Assembly (NCBI GenBank): GCA_030603365.1
Contig: JAUVXV010000004.1
Span: 64,001 to 128,000 of the forward strand
Direction: 5' to 3'
Source of the DNA: Candidatus Heimdallarchaeota archaeon
GTDB lineage: Archaea; Asgardarchaeota; Heimdallarchaeia; Heimdallarchaeales; Heimdallarchaeaceae
Length of the DNA stretch: 64,000 bases
The notes beneath the pieces are model-generated. The model did no database searches, was not told where the DNA came from, and saw only the letters and a program-made list of their open reading frames with translations. Below are positions 37,061 to 46,586 of this stretch, piece by piece. The position numbers and the translations under genes are program-made. Every line of letters begins with the position of its first letter. Position 1 is the first letter of the stretch.

Positions 37061-37840
37061 ATGCAAGAAGTTATCTTTCCAGAAAGACTTAGGGAACTAG
37101 CTAAACCATATTTCTACAGTGCAGAGAAAGAAAATCCTACCAACACGTTGATTATTCTTGTACATGGTTTTGGTGCTTCACCCACTGAAACACGACCATT
37201 AGGTGAGTTTCTATGCAAGAAAGGTTTCGATATCCATGGTATTCTGTTAACAGGTCATGGAACTGATTCTAAAGATTTGGATAATATTAGTTGGAAAGAT
37301 TGGTATCAAGATATAGAAAAGATTTACCTTGCAAATATAAAAAAGTACGAGAATATATTCATAGGGGGTCTTTCGTTAGGGGGAGCTTTATCATTGTACG
37401 CTGCAACAAGACTAGATTTCAAAGGAGTCTTTACAATTAATGCTCTGTATAGATTCAAGAGAACTTGGACTATTTTTGCTTGGATATCACATTTTTTCAA
37501 ATTACATAGACCTAGAAATTTGGAAAGAGTGAAATGGTATGTGGAAAATGATCTTTTTGCATATCAAGATGATTCAACATATGCAGCATATCAAATTCTG
37601 AAAATGTTAAGATTTTTACATGTAGAAATTAAAAGAATTAAGATCCCAGCATTGATAATACAATCAAAAGAAGATAAAACAATAAATCCACAGAGTGCAG
37701 AATGGATATTTGAGGATTTAAAAACCGAAAAAGAATTTATGCAACTCGATAGAGGAGATCATATTCTTACTGTTGATGATAGCAAATATTTGGCTTTTGA
37801 AAAGATTTTGGACTTTCTAAATAATAAAATAAGCAAATAA
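37061..37840 (+). CDS. Carboxylesterase/monoacylglycerol lipase-like alpha/beta hydrolase
   Basis: 'VHGFGASP', 'GHGT', 'GLSLGG', 'EDKTI', 'GDHIL'. Confidence 0.85.
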   Translation: MQEVIFPERLRELAKPYFYSAEKENPTNTLIILVHGFGASPTETRPLGEFLCKKGFDIHGILLTGHGTDSKDLDNISWKDWYQDIEKIYLANIKKYENIFIGGLSLGGALSLYAATRLDFKGVFTINALYRFKRTWTIFAWISHFFKLHRPRNLERVKWYVENDLFAYQDDSTYAAYQILKMLRFLHVEIKRIKIPALIIQSKEDKTINPQSAEWIFEDLKTEKEFMQLDRGDHILTVDDSKYLAFEKILDFLNNKISK

Positions 37841-37888
37841 CGAAAGATATTAAAAAGAATATTGAAAGAAAGCGATGTAACAACAAAT

Positions 37889-37997
37889 GCCTCAATGGTG
37901 TAGCTCGGCCAATCATTGCGGACTTTCACATGCGAAAGTCCGCGTGACTAAACAGGATTATCCGCAGACCCGGGTTCAAATCCCGGTTGAGGCACCA
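37889..37997 (+). tRNA. tRNA-Glu(TTC) with a 31-nt anticodon-loop insertion/intron (~37929-37959)
   Basis: Acceptor GCCTCAA/TTGAGGC; Glu/Asp-type D arm; GCGGA-CTTTCA...A-TCCGC. The BHB is imperfect. Confidence 0.82.
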
Positions 37998-38086
37998 CTC
38001 CCTTTTTAAAAATTAACTTTAACACCCACAAATAAATTTAAAAAATCCAATAACTTGAGTTTATTACTTAAGATATTTCTTCCCTT

Positions 38087-38171
38087 GCGGGGATTGCCGA
38101 GTGGTCAAAGGCGCTGGACTTAGGATCCAGTTCTTAGTGATTCGGGAGTTCGAATCTCCCTCCCCGCACCA
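38087..38171 (+). tRNA. tRNA-Leu(TAG)
   Basis: GCGGGGA/TCCCCGC; CTGGA-CTTAGGA-TCCAG; extended variable region; CCA. Confidence 0.96.
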
Positions 38172-38303
38172 ATTTTTTATTTCAGATGCAACTTTATGTC
38201 GCTCTTCAATGATGTCATTACGTGGTCTATACATTTTTTTCACTTTCAAGTCACTCTGTCTGTTTTTCTTATATATGACAAAACCAATGTTAACTTGGTC
38301 ATC

Positions 38304-38765
38304 ATGTCATCGTACTCACTCGTTCAGGAGAATCTTTTAGATTTAGGACTAGTAGCAGTGAAGTTTGACTTACAGCTGGGTCCTATGATTTTAAACAACC
38401 ATTCATCTTTGTCAGAAAATCTATTGATGAAGCTGGCAATAAAAGGGACATCAACATTAATGAATGGTTTAGGATACGACTTTTCGAATTCTAGAAGATT
38501 TAGAGGTTTATTTCAACTATCCGAGGATTATTTCGTATATGGATTTGATCTAGTACTTATTGATGACCAAGGTGATGAGGGGGGGTTATCTCCCATAATC
38601 CTCTTTTTGGTCTTTCCTACAAGTTCTTTACCATTGATAGGGTCAAACATTCGTTCAATAGAAGAGGTTCTTTATCATTCTACACAGTCTTTTCTAACAT
38701 TATCAAACATTGTTTCGAATTTTGATTCCTCTATTTTAACATCTATAGCGAATCTTCTAATCTAG
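38304..38765 (+). CDS. Longin/uDENN-like domain protein
   Basis: N-terminal 'GLVAVKFDLQLGPMIL' (FD..GP beta-hairpin) followed by a helix and beta strands, as in longin/uDENN folds. Confidence 0.55.
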   Translation: MSSYSLVQENLLDLGLVAVKFDLQLGPMILNNHSSLSENLLMKLAIKGTSTLMNGLGYDFSNSRRFRGLFQLSEDYFVYGFDLVLIDDQGDEGGLSPIILFLVFPTSSLPLIGSNIRSIEEVLYHSTQSFLTLSNIVSNFDSSILTSIANLLI

Positions 38766-38913
38766 TAAAAAACAATGAATATATTCCTGTTTTTCATCTA
38801 ATTATTCGATAAAATTATTTTAATTAGTAACTACTTTTTCTTGACTAGGTGAAAAATAACCTATTTATATCCAAAGAAGCTATAAAGAAGATAGCAACCC
38901 TAAAGTTGATTTT

Positions 38914-41190
38914 ATGAGTAAAGAAGAAATTATCGAACCTATAAAAAAAAGGAAATGGAGTTTCTGGGGGTATGGACTTCTTTTCTTCACAGTATTTTAC
39001 ATTGCATTAATGTTTATACTTGAAGCTGCACTTCAACCAAGGGAAAGTATGACAGCAACAATAGTTTCATACATAATAGGTATTATAGGATTAGCAATTT
39101 TTGCAGGTCTTGTCAGAGACAAAACTAGAGTACTGATATCAATACCTATTCTCTTGATAATAGTGTTTGGTGCAGGATATCTGTTTAATTATGTTGCAGA
39201 TGCACCTGTTTATAATCCCTTAGCTCCAGTTTCAGAACGTACGGGAACTCTTCTTGATACGTTTGATGTATTAAACGAAACAGAGCTAGTTGCTAGTTTA
39301 CCAGAAGAATTCAATCGGGAAACTATAGAATTTTACAGCCAATTTGCTTTCGTTATTGATCTGATAATAGCTTTACCGTTATTCATTTTCGGTACGCTTT
39401 CGCTTACGTGGTTTGTTCAGATTTTTACGTCGGCATTGAAGATATTTGTAATATTTAGTATATTGTTTGCCTTGATATTCTTCCTGATTGGGCTAGTGAT
39501 AACACCGTTTGTACATTTGTTATTCTCAAGTTTCTTAATACTTGGAAGTGACCTTCTTCCAGGAGCACTTTATGTAATGGAAGGAATTTCAATATTCACT
39601 GGTGATTTTGGAAGTCTGACGCAAGCGGAAATAGATGAAGCGATAGCGGCGTTTTACAATGCTTCATTTTACTTCAACCAAGCCGCATTAAACCTAGATG
39701 CATTACAAAAAGCAGGAATCATAGGTTTTGCACAAATGATACCGATTCTAGGAACTGTTGTGTCAAATCTTTATTGGTTTTCATTAGCAGCTTTACACCT
39801 GTCCTCCGGTCTAGGCCCATTTGCAAATGGAACATTCTACATAATGAATGGACTTCAAGACGCAATGGATGCAATGAATATAAGTTCATCTCCAATGCCT
39901 CTATCTGTTGATGATGGAAACACAGTGAAGAGAGCCCCAGGAATAAATGATACTCTATTTAACGATGCAATCGAAGTTGTGAATGAAGGTCTATTAATAT
40001 TGGGTGATAGTACAGATTACATTCAACAAGCTTTAGATGATCTAAAGAATGTCTCGTTAGAAGATGTAATAGGAAATATAACCAGAATTCCTGGAATACC
40101 CATAGAAGCTATCGAACCTGTAATGGAAAGCATGACCATGGTTGAAGATTATTTAGCAATGTTCGAAGGTGGAGTAACAGTAATTTCAGCTCTTCTTGAT
40201 AGACCTGAAATTAGTCCTGGTGTGGAAAGTGAATATGCTACTTTAACTCATTTCTTATATGGAGCATACAATCTATTCAAAGCAGGAGATAACATAGCAG
40301 AAGTCACTGCTTTTAACGGCACTGCTGAGAACTTTGAATATTCATATGGTAATTTTTCCATAGTTCAAGACCAATTACATGAACCAGAGATAGAAGCTGT
40401 AGCAACATCAGATACACCTTTCCTAAACTCAACAGTGATGTTTGTTATAGACATGGTTGACATAGGCGTACCTCTGTGTGCTCTAGGCTATTCATTAGCT
40501 ACAAATTTCTTCGATTTAGATGATATGATGAATGTATTCGCTGGTCCAGCAAATTACGAAGATGTTTCTAATTATCCTGAGTTGATCAATACACTTGATG
40601 GTCTTCGGACAACAACAAATAATTTGTCAACCAATGCAACAATAGTAGATGCAAAAATCAATGATGTAGAAGTAAAAGCTTCAGTTGATACCTATGGTCC
40701 TTTGAACGATATTGCACTTACTTTTACATCTCAGCTTTCTGATTTTGGTTTTGTGGAATATGTTAACAATGCAAACTATGTCGTAAATTCATTCTATTTC
40801 ATGTTCGTTGGAGTCATGGAATTGAGTTTCGTAGCAGGGAATATAACAGCTGGTCAAACACAATTTCTTGCAGCTAATTATGCAGCAGCCAATACTAGTT
40901 TCCTAAACGCCAATACAAGCTTAGCTTCTTCCATTTACAATTTTAATCAATCAATTTTATACATGGATGATGCAGTGAATATTGGAGGAATGACGCAACT
41001 ACAAACGTCACTTACTGCTCTAACAACAATTCGTGATAATCTACTAGGACTTCAAGCTGATCTAAACCAGCTTATGGTGTATATGGCTGATCCTGTAGGA
41101 AATTTGACAGACATAACTGATTTGCTGACTGCAATGTTAGGCGTTTTAGCTGATGTGAATGATGATTTAGAAGTCATAACTGCGCAATAA
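38914..41190 (+). CDS. Multi-pass membrane protein with a large helical, sequon-rich extracellular domain
   Basis: About 5-6 TM segments in the first ~230 aa; more than 15 N-x-S/T sequons; amphipathic helical repeats. Confidence 0.7.
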   Translation: MSKEEIIEPIKKRKWSFWGYGLLFFTVFYIALMFILEAALQPRESMTATIVSYIIGIIGLAIFAGLVRDKTRVLISIPILLIIVFGAGYLFNYVADAPVYNPLAPVSERTGTLLDTFDVLNETELVASLPEEFNRETIEFYSQFAFVIDLIIALPLFIFGTLSLTWFVQIFTSALKIFVIFSILFALIFFLIGLVITPFVHLLFSSFLILGSDLLPGALYVMEGISIFTGDFGSLTQAEIDEAIAAFYNASFYFNQAALNLDALQKAGIIGFAQMIPILGTVVSNLYWFSLAALHLSSGLGPFANGTFYIMNGLQDAMDAMNISSSPMPLSVDDGNTVKRAPGINDTLFNDAIEVVNEGLLILGDSTDYIQQALDDLKNVSLEDVIGNITRIPGIPIEAIEPVMESMTMVEDYLAMFEGGVTVISALLDRPEISPGVESEYATLTHFLYGAYNLFKAGDNIAEVTAFNGTAENFEYSYGNFSIVQDQLHEPEIEAVATSDTPFLNSTVMFVIDMVDIGVPLCALGYSLATNFFDLDDMMNVFAGPANYEDVSNYPELINTLDGLRTTTNNLSTNATIVDAKINDVEVKASVDTYGPLNDIALTFTSQLSDFGFVEYVNNANYVVNSFYFMFVGVMELSFVAGNITAGQTQFLAANYAAANTSFLNANTSLASSIYNFNQSILYMDDAVNIGGMTQLQTSLTALTTIRDNLLGLQADLNQLMVYMADPVGNLTDITDLLTAMLGVLADVNDDLEVITAQ

Positions 41191-41319
41191 TCCTTCTCTT
41201 TCTTTTTTTCTTTTATTTTTCCCTATTAAAATTGGTTTTTCTCATTGCCTAAAGAGAATAACTTTTTATTAAAAATACATTTACTGAATTAGTAATATTT
41301 CATAGGTAAGGGTACTACT

Positions 41320-42588
41320 ATGAGTAATGTTTTCCTAGGATATGATCACAGTAAAGGAGATTTCCACGAGTTAAAGGACGGTTCTAAATTCCAAACTCTA
41401 CTTGATACTGAATCAGGTGATATAGCCAGAAAATTGTCTGGATTAGGATTAGATGGTCTTTTAACTTTTAATCACGAAAAAGAAGAATGGCATCTTATTT
41501 TTGGTAGCCACCTCGGTCTTGTTGCACAAAGAACAGGAAGAAGAATAGCTGATACAATCAGTAGATCCGGATTCATGTTAGCTTCTGGAGAACGAGCTGG
41601 AACAAAATGTAGATTAGAACAAATAACTGAAGACAATATTGGTGACCTACACAAAACAGTACAAGAGAAATATATTGATACTGATCTTGGTGGTTTTCAG
41701 GGTGATTCAAGACAAGATTCCTTCCCAAGGAAGGTTTTTTCACAAGACATACCTCCACAAAAGGGAATACCTGTTGTAACACCAGAACCAGTAGAAGATC
41801 AGAAACTTATGCCCCCTCAAGATATATACGAGCCAAAGCCAATTGTTGAACCAACACATGAACCAGCAATCGAAGAATCTTATACACCAGAACCTGAGCC
41901 TGAACCTCAAACCATGGTTTTCTCTGAGCCTGAGCCAGTAACTGAACCAGAGCCTCCAGCTAAAACCTATGTAGAACCTGTGGTTGAACCAGTAACTGAA
42001 CCAGAGGTTAGTGAAGAACCAGTTGTTGAGGAAATGGTTAAAGAAACTGTCGAGGAAGTTGTTGAAGAAGTCGTTGAAGAAGTCGTTGAAGAAATAGCTG
42101 AAGCTGTAGCTGATGCCGTTGCTGAGGAGATTTCAGACGAAACAATATCTGGCGTGATAAAAGAGGCAATAGAAGAAAAAGCTGAAGAAATTGTAGAGAG
42201 CGTTGTTGACGAAGTAATGGAAGAAATTGAAGAAGAAATTGAAGAAGCTCTTGAAGAAGCTCTTGAAGAAGATAAACCACTTGAAGATGTGGTTGAGGAT
42301 ATTGTCGAAGAGGTCATTGAAGAAATTGTTGAGGAAGTAACTGACGCAGTAGAAGAAATCGCAGAAGACGCTATGGAAGATATAGTTGAAGAAGTTCTCG
42401 AAGAAACTGTCGAGGAAATAAGTGAAGAAAAAGCAGAACACATAGCTGAAGATGTCGTCGAAGAAGTTATTGAGAAAGTTACTGAAGATATTGTTGAAGA
42501 TGTCGTCGAAGAAAAAGTGGAAGAAATAACTGAAGCGGTTGAAGAAGCCGTTAAAGAAGAATTCAACATAGAAACTGAAGATGATTAA
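41320..42588 (+). CDS. Protein with a small N-terminal globular (possibly gelsolin-like) domain, Pro/Glu linker and very acidic repeat tail
   Basis: Globular ~120 aa, then EPEP/VTEP repeats, then ~180 aa of (V/I)(V/I)EE repeats. Confidence 0.75.
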   Translation: MSNVFLGYDHSKGDFHELKDGSKFQTLLDTESGDIARKLSGLGLDGLLTFNHEKEEWHLIFGSHLGLVAQRTGRRIADTISRSGFMLASGERAGTKCRLEQITEDNIGDLHKTVQEKYIDTDLGGFQGDSRQDSFPRKVFSQDIPPQKGIPVVTPEPVEDQKLMPPQDIYEPKPIVEPTHEPAIEESYTPEPEPEPQTMVFSEPEPVTEPEPPAKTYVEPVVEPVTEPEVSEEPVVEEMVKETVEEVVEEVVEEVVEEIAEAVADAVAEEISDETISGVIKEAIEEKAEEIVESVVDEVMEEIEEEIEEALEEALEEDKPLEDVVEDIVEEVIEEIVEEVTDAVEEIAEDAMEDIVEEVLEETVEEISEEKAEHIAEDVVEEVIEKVTEDIVEDVVEEKVEEITEAVEEAVKEEFNIETEDD

Positions 42589-42655
42589 ATAATCTTCATT
42601 CTTTTTATTTATTTTTTACAAAATCCATTTAAAGAGAAATTATCCATTTGTCTTA

Positions 42656-43678
42656 ATGTCTGATAGAATACTGACGATTCTTGCAGGTGGATCTTCCCGA
42701 AGATTTCAGAATAACGAAGGTCGATGGTCAGACAAAGTACTAAAGGAATACAACAATAAACCACTATTGGTTCATTTACTGGAGGGATGCAGGAGATACT
42801 ATGACCTAGTTGGTATATCTGTAAACACAAAGGCAAGGAAAAGAACATATTCAAAAATAGTAAATTCTTATATCACAAATAAATTTGTTAAGTACATTAT
42901 TGATTTTAAGAAAGTCGCCTTTGAGGGTGTTCTAAAGGGAATTTATTCTACCATGGAATACTTTGAGAACAAATCAATACAATTTATCCCATCAGATAGA
43001 CCTTATCTCTTGTTTGAGATTCTAAAGGAATTGAAAGTTAAACCAAATGGGGTAAGTATTTTCAAATATTCTGATGGTATGATAGAACCACTACTGGCTT
43101 TATATGGTTCAAATTCAAGAATTTCATCAAAATTTCTCAATCTTTCATTGTCACGAGCTGATGTCCCCATACGGCTTTCACAGTATATTCAAACATATTG
43201 CATTGATGATTTATTAAAGAAAAACGATTTGTCAGCAGATATTTTTACTAATATTAATGTTCAAGGTAATTTAACCAGAGAAATAACAGAATTAGATGAT
43301 CTATCAAATATCTGTATACCTTCTCCTGAGAACATTGAAAAGCAATCTGAATTAATCTTAAATGACATAAATGATTATGAAGATGTCTTAGATGTTGCTA
43401 ATGAATTAATGGAGAAAGAACATTTCTATGCAGCTTATTTATTGTCTTTGTCTTCATTAAAGAAAAAGAAATTAGATTCAGAAGTATTCAAACAAATAGG
43501 AAAAGAAGCTCTTCTAAAAGAGCGAGAATACTGGAAGGTTAAAAATCTACCATTTCTTGAACTTCATGCTTTACAAGATTTAATCACTATTTTTCCAGAG
43601 GAACAAACGAGAGATAATATGAGTTCCGTGATAAAACTAAAAGAAAAAATGAAAATTAAATCCAGAAGGTTGAAATAG
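42656..43678 (+). CDS. mobA: Molybdenum cofactor guanylyltransferase (MobA-like) with C-terminal extension
   Basis: 'ILAGGSSRRF', 'DK', 'PSDRPY', 'EPLLALY', 'FTNIN'; next to fdhF. Confidence 0.78.
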   Translation: MSDRILTILAGGSSRRFQNNEGRWSDKVLKEYNNKPLLVHLLEGCRRYYDLVGISVNTKARKRTYSKIVNSYITNKFVKYIIDFKKVAFEGVLKGIYSTMEYFENKSIQFIPSDRPYLLFEILKELKVKPNGVSIFKYSDGMIEPLLALYGSNSRISSKFLNLSLSRADVPIRLSQYIQTYCIDDLLKKNDLSADIFTNINVQGNLTREITELDDLSNICIPSPENIEKQSELILNDINDYEDVLDVANELMEKEHFYAAYLLSLSSLKKKKLDSEVFKQIGKEALLKEREYWKVKNLPFLELHALQDLITIFPEEQTRDNMSSVIKLKEKMKIKSRRLK

Positions 43679-43688
43679 ACTTCTGGAT

Positions 43689-46403
43689 CTATTCTTTTGA
43701 GACTTTGATAGCACAAACTTTGAATTCAGGAATTTTTGCTAAAGGATCTAAAGCATCAATTGTAAGAAGGTTTGCAGCAGATTCTTTATAGTGAAAAGAC
43801 ATGAAAACAAGACCTTCTTGGATTTTATTTGTAACCTTGGCAACTGTAGTAACTTTACCTCGTCTGGATTCAATTTTAATTTTGTCACCATCTTTAATAC
43901 CTAATTTTTCAGCATCTTTTGTATTAATTTGGCTTCTTTCAATAGGTCTTCTCTCATGTAATCCTTTGGATCTTCTAGACATCTCTCCAGTATGGAAGTG
44001 ATATAGAATACGTCCTGTAGTAAGCATGAAAGGATATTCTTTATCTGGTAATTCTGCAGGGTCGATATAGGAAATTGTATGGAATTTACCCTTACCTCTA
44101 CTGAATTCCTCTTGATGAAGGATTTTTGTTCCTTGATGATTCTTATCTTTGCAAGGCCATTGCAATCCAATTTCCTCAATTCTTTCATAGTTTATACCAG
44201 CATAAATCGGTGATGTTGAAGCAATTTCATCCATTATTTCACTTGGATGTTCGTACATCGCTGGAATACCAAATCGATTTAGAAGTTCAATTAATATTAC
44301 CCAATCGTCTTTTCTTTCTCCTACGGGTTCTATTGCTCTTCGCACTCTCTGAACTCGTCTTTCTGTATTAGTAAATGTTCCATCTTTTTCAGCAAAAGAC
44401 ACACCAGGGATAACAACATCAGCATACTTAGCTGTTTCTGTTAGGAAGATATCTTGTACAACGAGAAATTCAAGTTTATCAAGAGCATCACGTACATGGT
44501 TAACATTGGGATCGCTGAGAACAGGATTTTCACCCATTATGTAAATACCTCGAATGCCTCCGTCATAAGCTGCATTCATTATTTCAACAATTGTTAAACC
44601 ATTTTTGTCATCAAGGTTAGTAACATTCCAAGTTTTCTCAAACTTTGCTTTATTTTCTGGTTCAGTTACTTTCTGATAACCGGGATAAACATTAGGAAGA
44701 CCACCTACGTCACAAGCACCTTGAACATTATTTTGCCCTCTCAATGGATTAACCCCAGCTCCTGGACGACCTATATTTCCGGTTAACATAGCAAGATTTG
44801 CAAGGGATAAAACATTATCAGTACCTGTTGTATGTTGGGTAATACCCATTGAATAAACGATTGATGCTGTTTTAGCTTTTGCATACATTATGGCAGCATT
44901 CTTTACTTCCTCTACATCCACATTAGCTATTTTACACAGAGCATCTAAAGGGGTGTCCTTCAAACCTTTCTGATATTCTTCAAATCCTTCAGTTCTTTCC
45001 TTGATGAATTTTTCATCATAGAGGTTTTCTTCAAGAATTACTTTCATAAAAGCGTTAATTAGAGCAACATCAGAACCAGGTTTGTGTTGTAAATATATCT
45101 CTGAATAATCTACCAGTTCAATCCTACGTGGATCTGCAACAATCAATTTTGTTTTCTCTTGAGTTACTGCTTGCTTGATTTTCATCCCTATAACAGGATG
45201 AGCTTCTGTTGTATTGCTACCTATGATAAAAATAACTTCTGCATCATTTGCTAAATCGTCTATACTGTTTGTCATAGCTCCAGAACCAAATGCTTTTGCA
45301 AGACCTGTTACGGTGGAAGCATGACACAATCTAGCACAGTGATCAACATTATTTGTGCCAATACCAGCTCTAGCAAGCTTTTGCATAAGATAATTTTCTT
45401 CATTTGTACATTTAGCAGAAGCAAGAAAAGCTAGAGCATCAGGTCCGCTTTCATCTCGAATTGCTTTTAGCTTCTGTTCTATCAAATCAAAAGCTTCATC
45501 CCAGGAAGCTTCAACCAGTTCCCCATTCTTCTTTATTAAAGGAGTGTTTAGCCTATCTGGGTGATTGACAAAATCCCAACCAAAACGTCCTTTGACACAT
45601 AAAGCAGTTCCATTAACAACATTGTCAAGATTGGAATCAACATAAGAAATAGTGTTTGCATCTAGATTAGCTAGAATATCAAAATTACACCCAACTCCAC
45701 AATAAGAACAAATGGTAGTTGTTTTAGTTAATTCTTCACAAAATTCAGCATGTGTCATATGATGACTGGAAAGAGCACCAGAAGGACATAAGGCGACACA
45801 GTTTCCACAAGCAACACAACCAGAGGATTCAAAGCTTATTTCATCTTTAGGAAACGGATAACCATCAAATTTACCTCTTTCCATAGTAAGAACATTACAA
45901 ATCTGAAGCTCTTGAGTTACTCTTACACATAAACCACATTTAACACATGCGCTGGAATTAAAGGAGAAGAATTCATTATTTTCTCTCAAATCTTTTTCCT
46001 TTACTTCTTTTTCAATAGGTTCTTGATCACCAAGATATTTTTCTTCTAAGATTTTAATTTTACAACTCTGTCCTGTTCCACAAACAGAACATTCGTCTGC
46101 ATGTGATTTAACCATTTTTCGAATTAAAGCTGTTCTAGTTTTTACTATTCTCTCAGAATTAGTTTTGATGATAGCATTAGGTTGAGCAAGCTCTTTGCAA
46201 GAAGCTACTACTTTTGAAACACCATCAATCTCTTGTTCGACAACACAAACTCTGCATTTACCCGCAGGTTCTACTGCAGGATGATGACAAACAGTGGGTA
46301 TTTCTATTCCATTCTTTTCTGCAATTGTAAGGTAAGTTTCGTCAGAATAACCCTCTACCTCTTTACCATCAATTGTAATATTGATTTTCTCTCTACTTGA
46401 CAT
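43689..46403 (-). CDS. fdhF: Formate dehydrogenase alpha subunit (FdhF-type, Cys ligand) with N-terminal Fe-S domains
   Basis: 'CRVCVV', 'CVACGNCVALCP', 'CSYCGVGC', 'DHCARLCHAS', 'LRGQNNVQG', 'IPEFKVCA'. Confidence 0.93.
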   Translation of the reverse strand: MSSREKINITIDGKEVEGYSDETYLTIAEKNGIEIPTVCHHPAVEPAGKCRVCVVEQEIDGVSKVVASCKELAQPNAIIKTNSERIVKTRTALIRKMVKSHADECSVCGTGQSCKIKILEEKYLGDQEPIEKEVKEKDLRENNEFFSFNSSACVKCGLCVRVTQELQICNVLTMERGKFDGYPFPKDEISFESSGCVACGNCVALCPSGALSSHHMTHAEFCEELTKTTTICSYCGVGCNFDILANLDANTISYVDSNLDNVVNGTALCVKGRFGWDFVNHPDRLNTPLIKKNGELVEASWDEAFDLIEQKLKAIRDESGPDALAFLASAKCTNEENYLMQKLARAGIGTNNVDHCARLCHASTVTGLAKAFGSGAMTNSIDDLANDAEVIFIIGSNTTEAHPVIGMKIKQAVTQEKTKLIVADPRRIELVDYSEIYLQHKPGSDVALINAFMKVILEENLYDEKFIKERTEGFEEYQKGLKDTPLDALCKIANVDVEEVKNAAIMYAKAKTASIVYSMGITQHTTGTDNVLSLANLAMLTGNIGRPGAGVNPLRGQNNVQGACDVGGLPNVYPGYQKVTEPENKAKFEKTWNVTNLDDKNGLTIVEIMNAAYDGGIRGIYIMGENPVLSDPNVNHVRDALDKLEFLVVQDIFLTETAKYADVVIPGVSFAEKDGTFTNTERRVQRVRRAIEPVGERKDDWVILIELLNRFGIPAMYEHPSEIMDEIASTSPIYAGINYERIEEIGLQWPCKDKNHQGTKILHQEEFSRGKGKFHTISYIDPAELPDKEYPFMLTTGRILYHFHTGEMSRRSKGLHERRPIERSQINTKDAEKLGIKDGDKIKIESRRGKVTTVAKVTNKIQEGLVFMSFHYKESAANLLTIDALDPLAKIPEFKVCAIKVSKE

Positions 46404-46586
46404 TTTTTTTCACCAGAAAAGGTAATATACACTTGGATTTCGATACTAGGAGGAAATAAAAAGTCTTTCGTTAAATAGTTTCAAGAATTGAGCAAAACTT
46501 TAATCTAGAAGATACTCTAAACATTTACATACAACCTTTGTTTAGATAGGGTAAGCTTTCGAAATTCAATAATTCAGAGGTAAAGA

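Noticed and set aside
37929-37959. Box C/D guide RNA inside the tRNA-Glu intron
   Set aside because: Only a GTGA D-like box follows the antisense stretch. There is no RTGATGA C box and the insert is too short for a standard C/D sRNA.
41967-42569. 200-aa Ser/Thr-rich and other minus-strand ORFs
   Set aside because: Antisense shadows of the Glu-rich repeat gene.
43689-46403. Selenocysteine recoding in formate dehydrogenase
   Set aside because: The active-site position is Cys (ARLCH) in an uninterrupted ORF.
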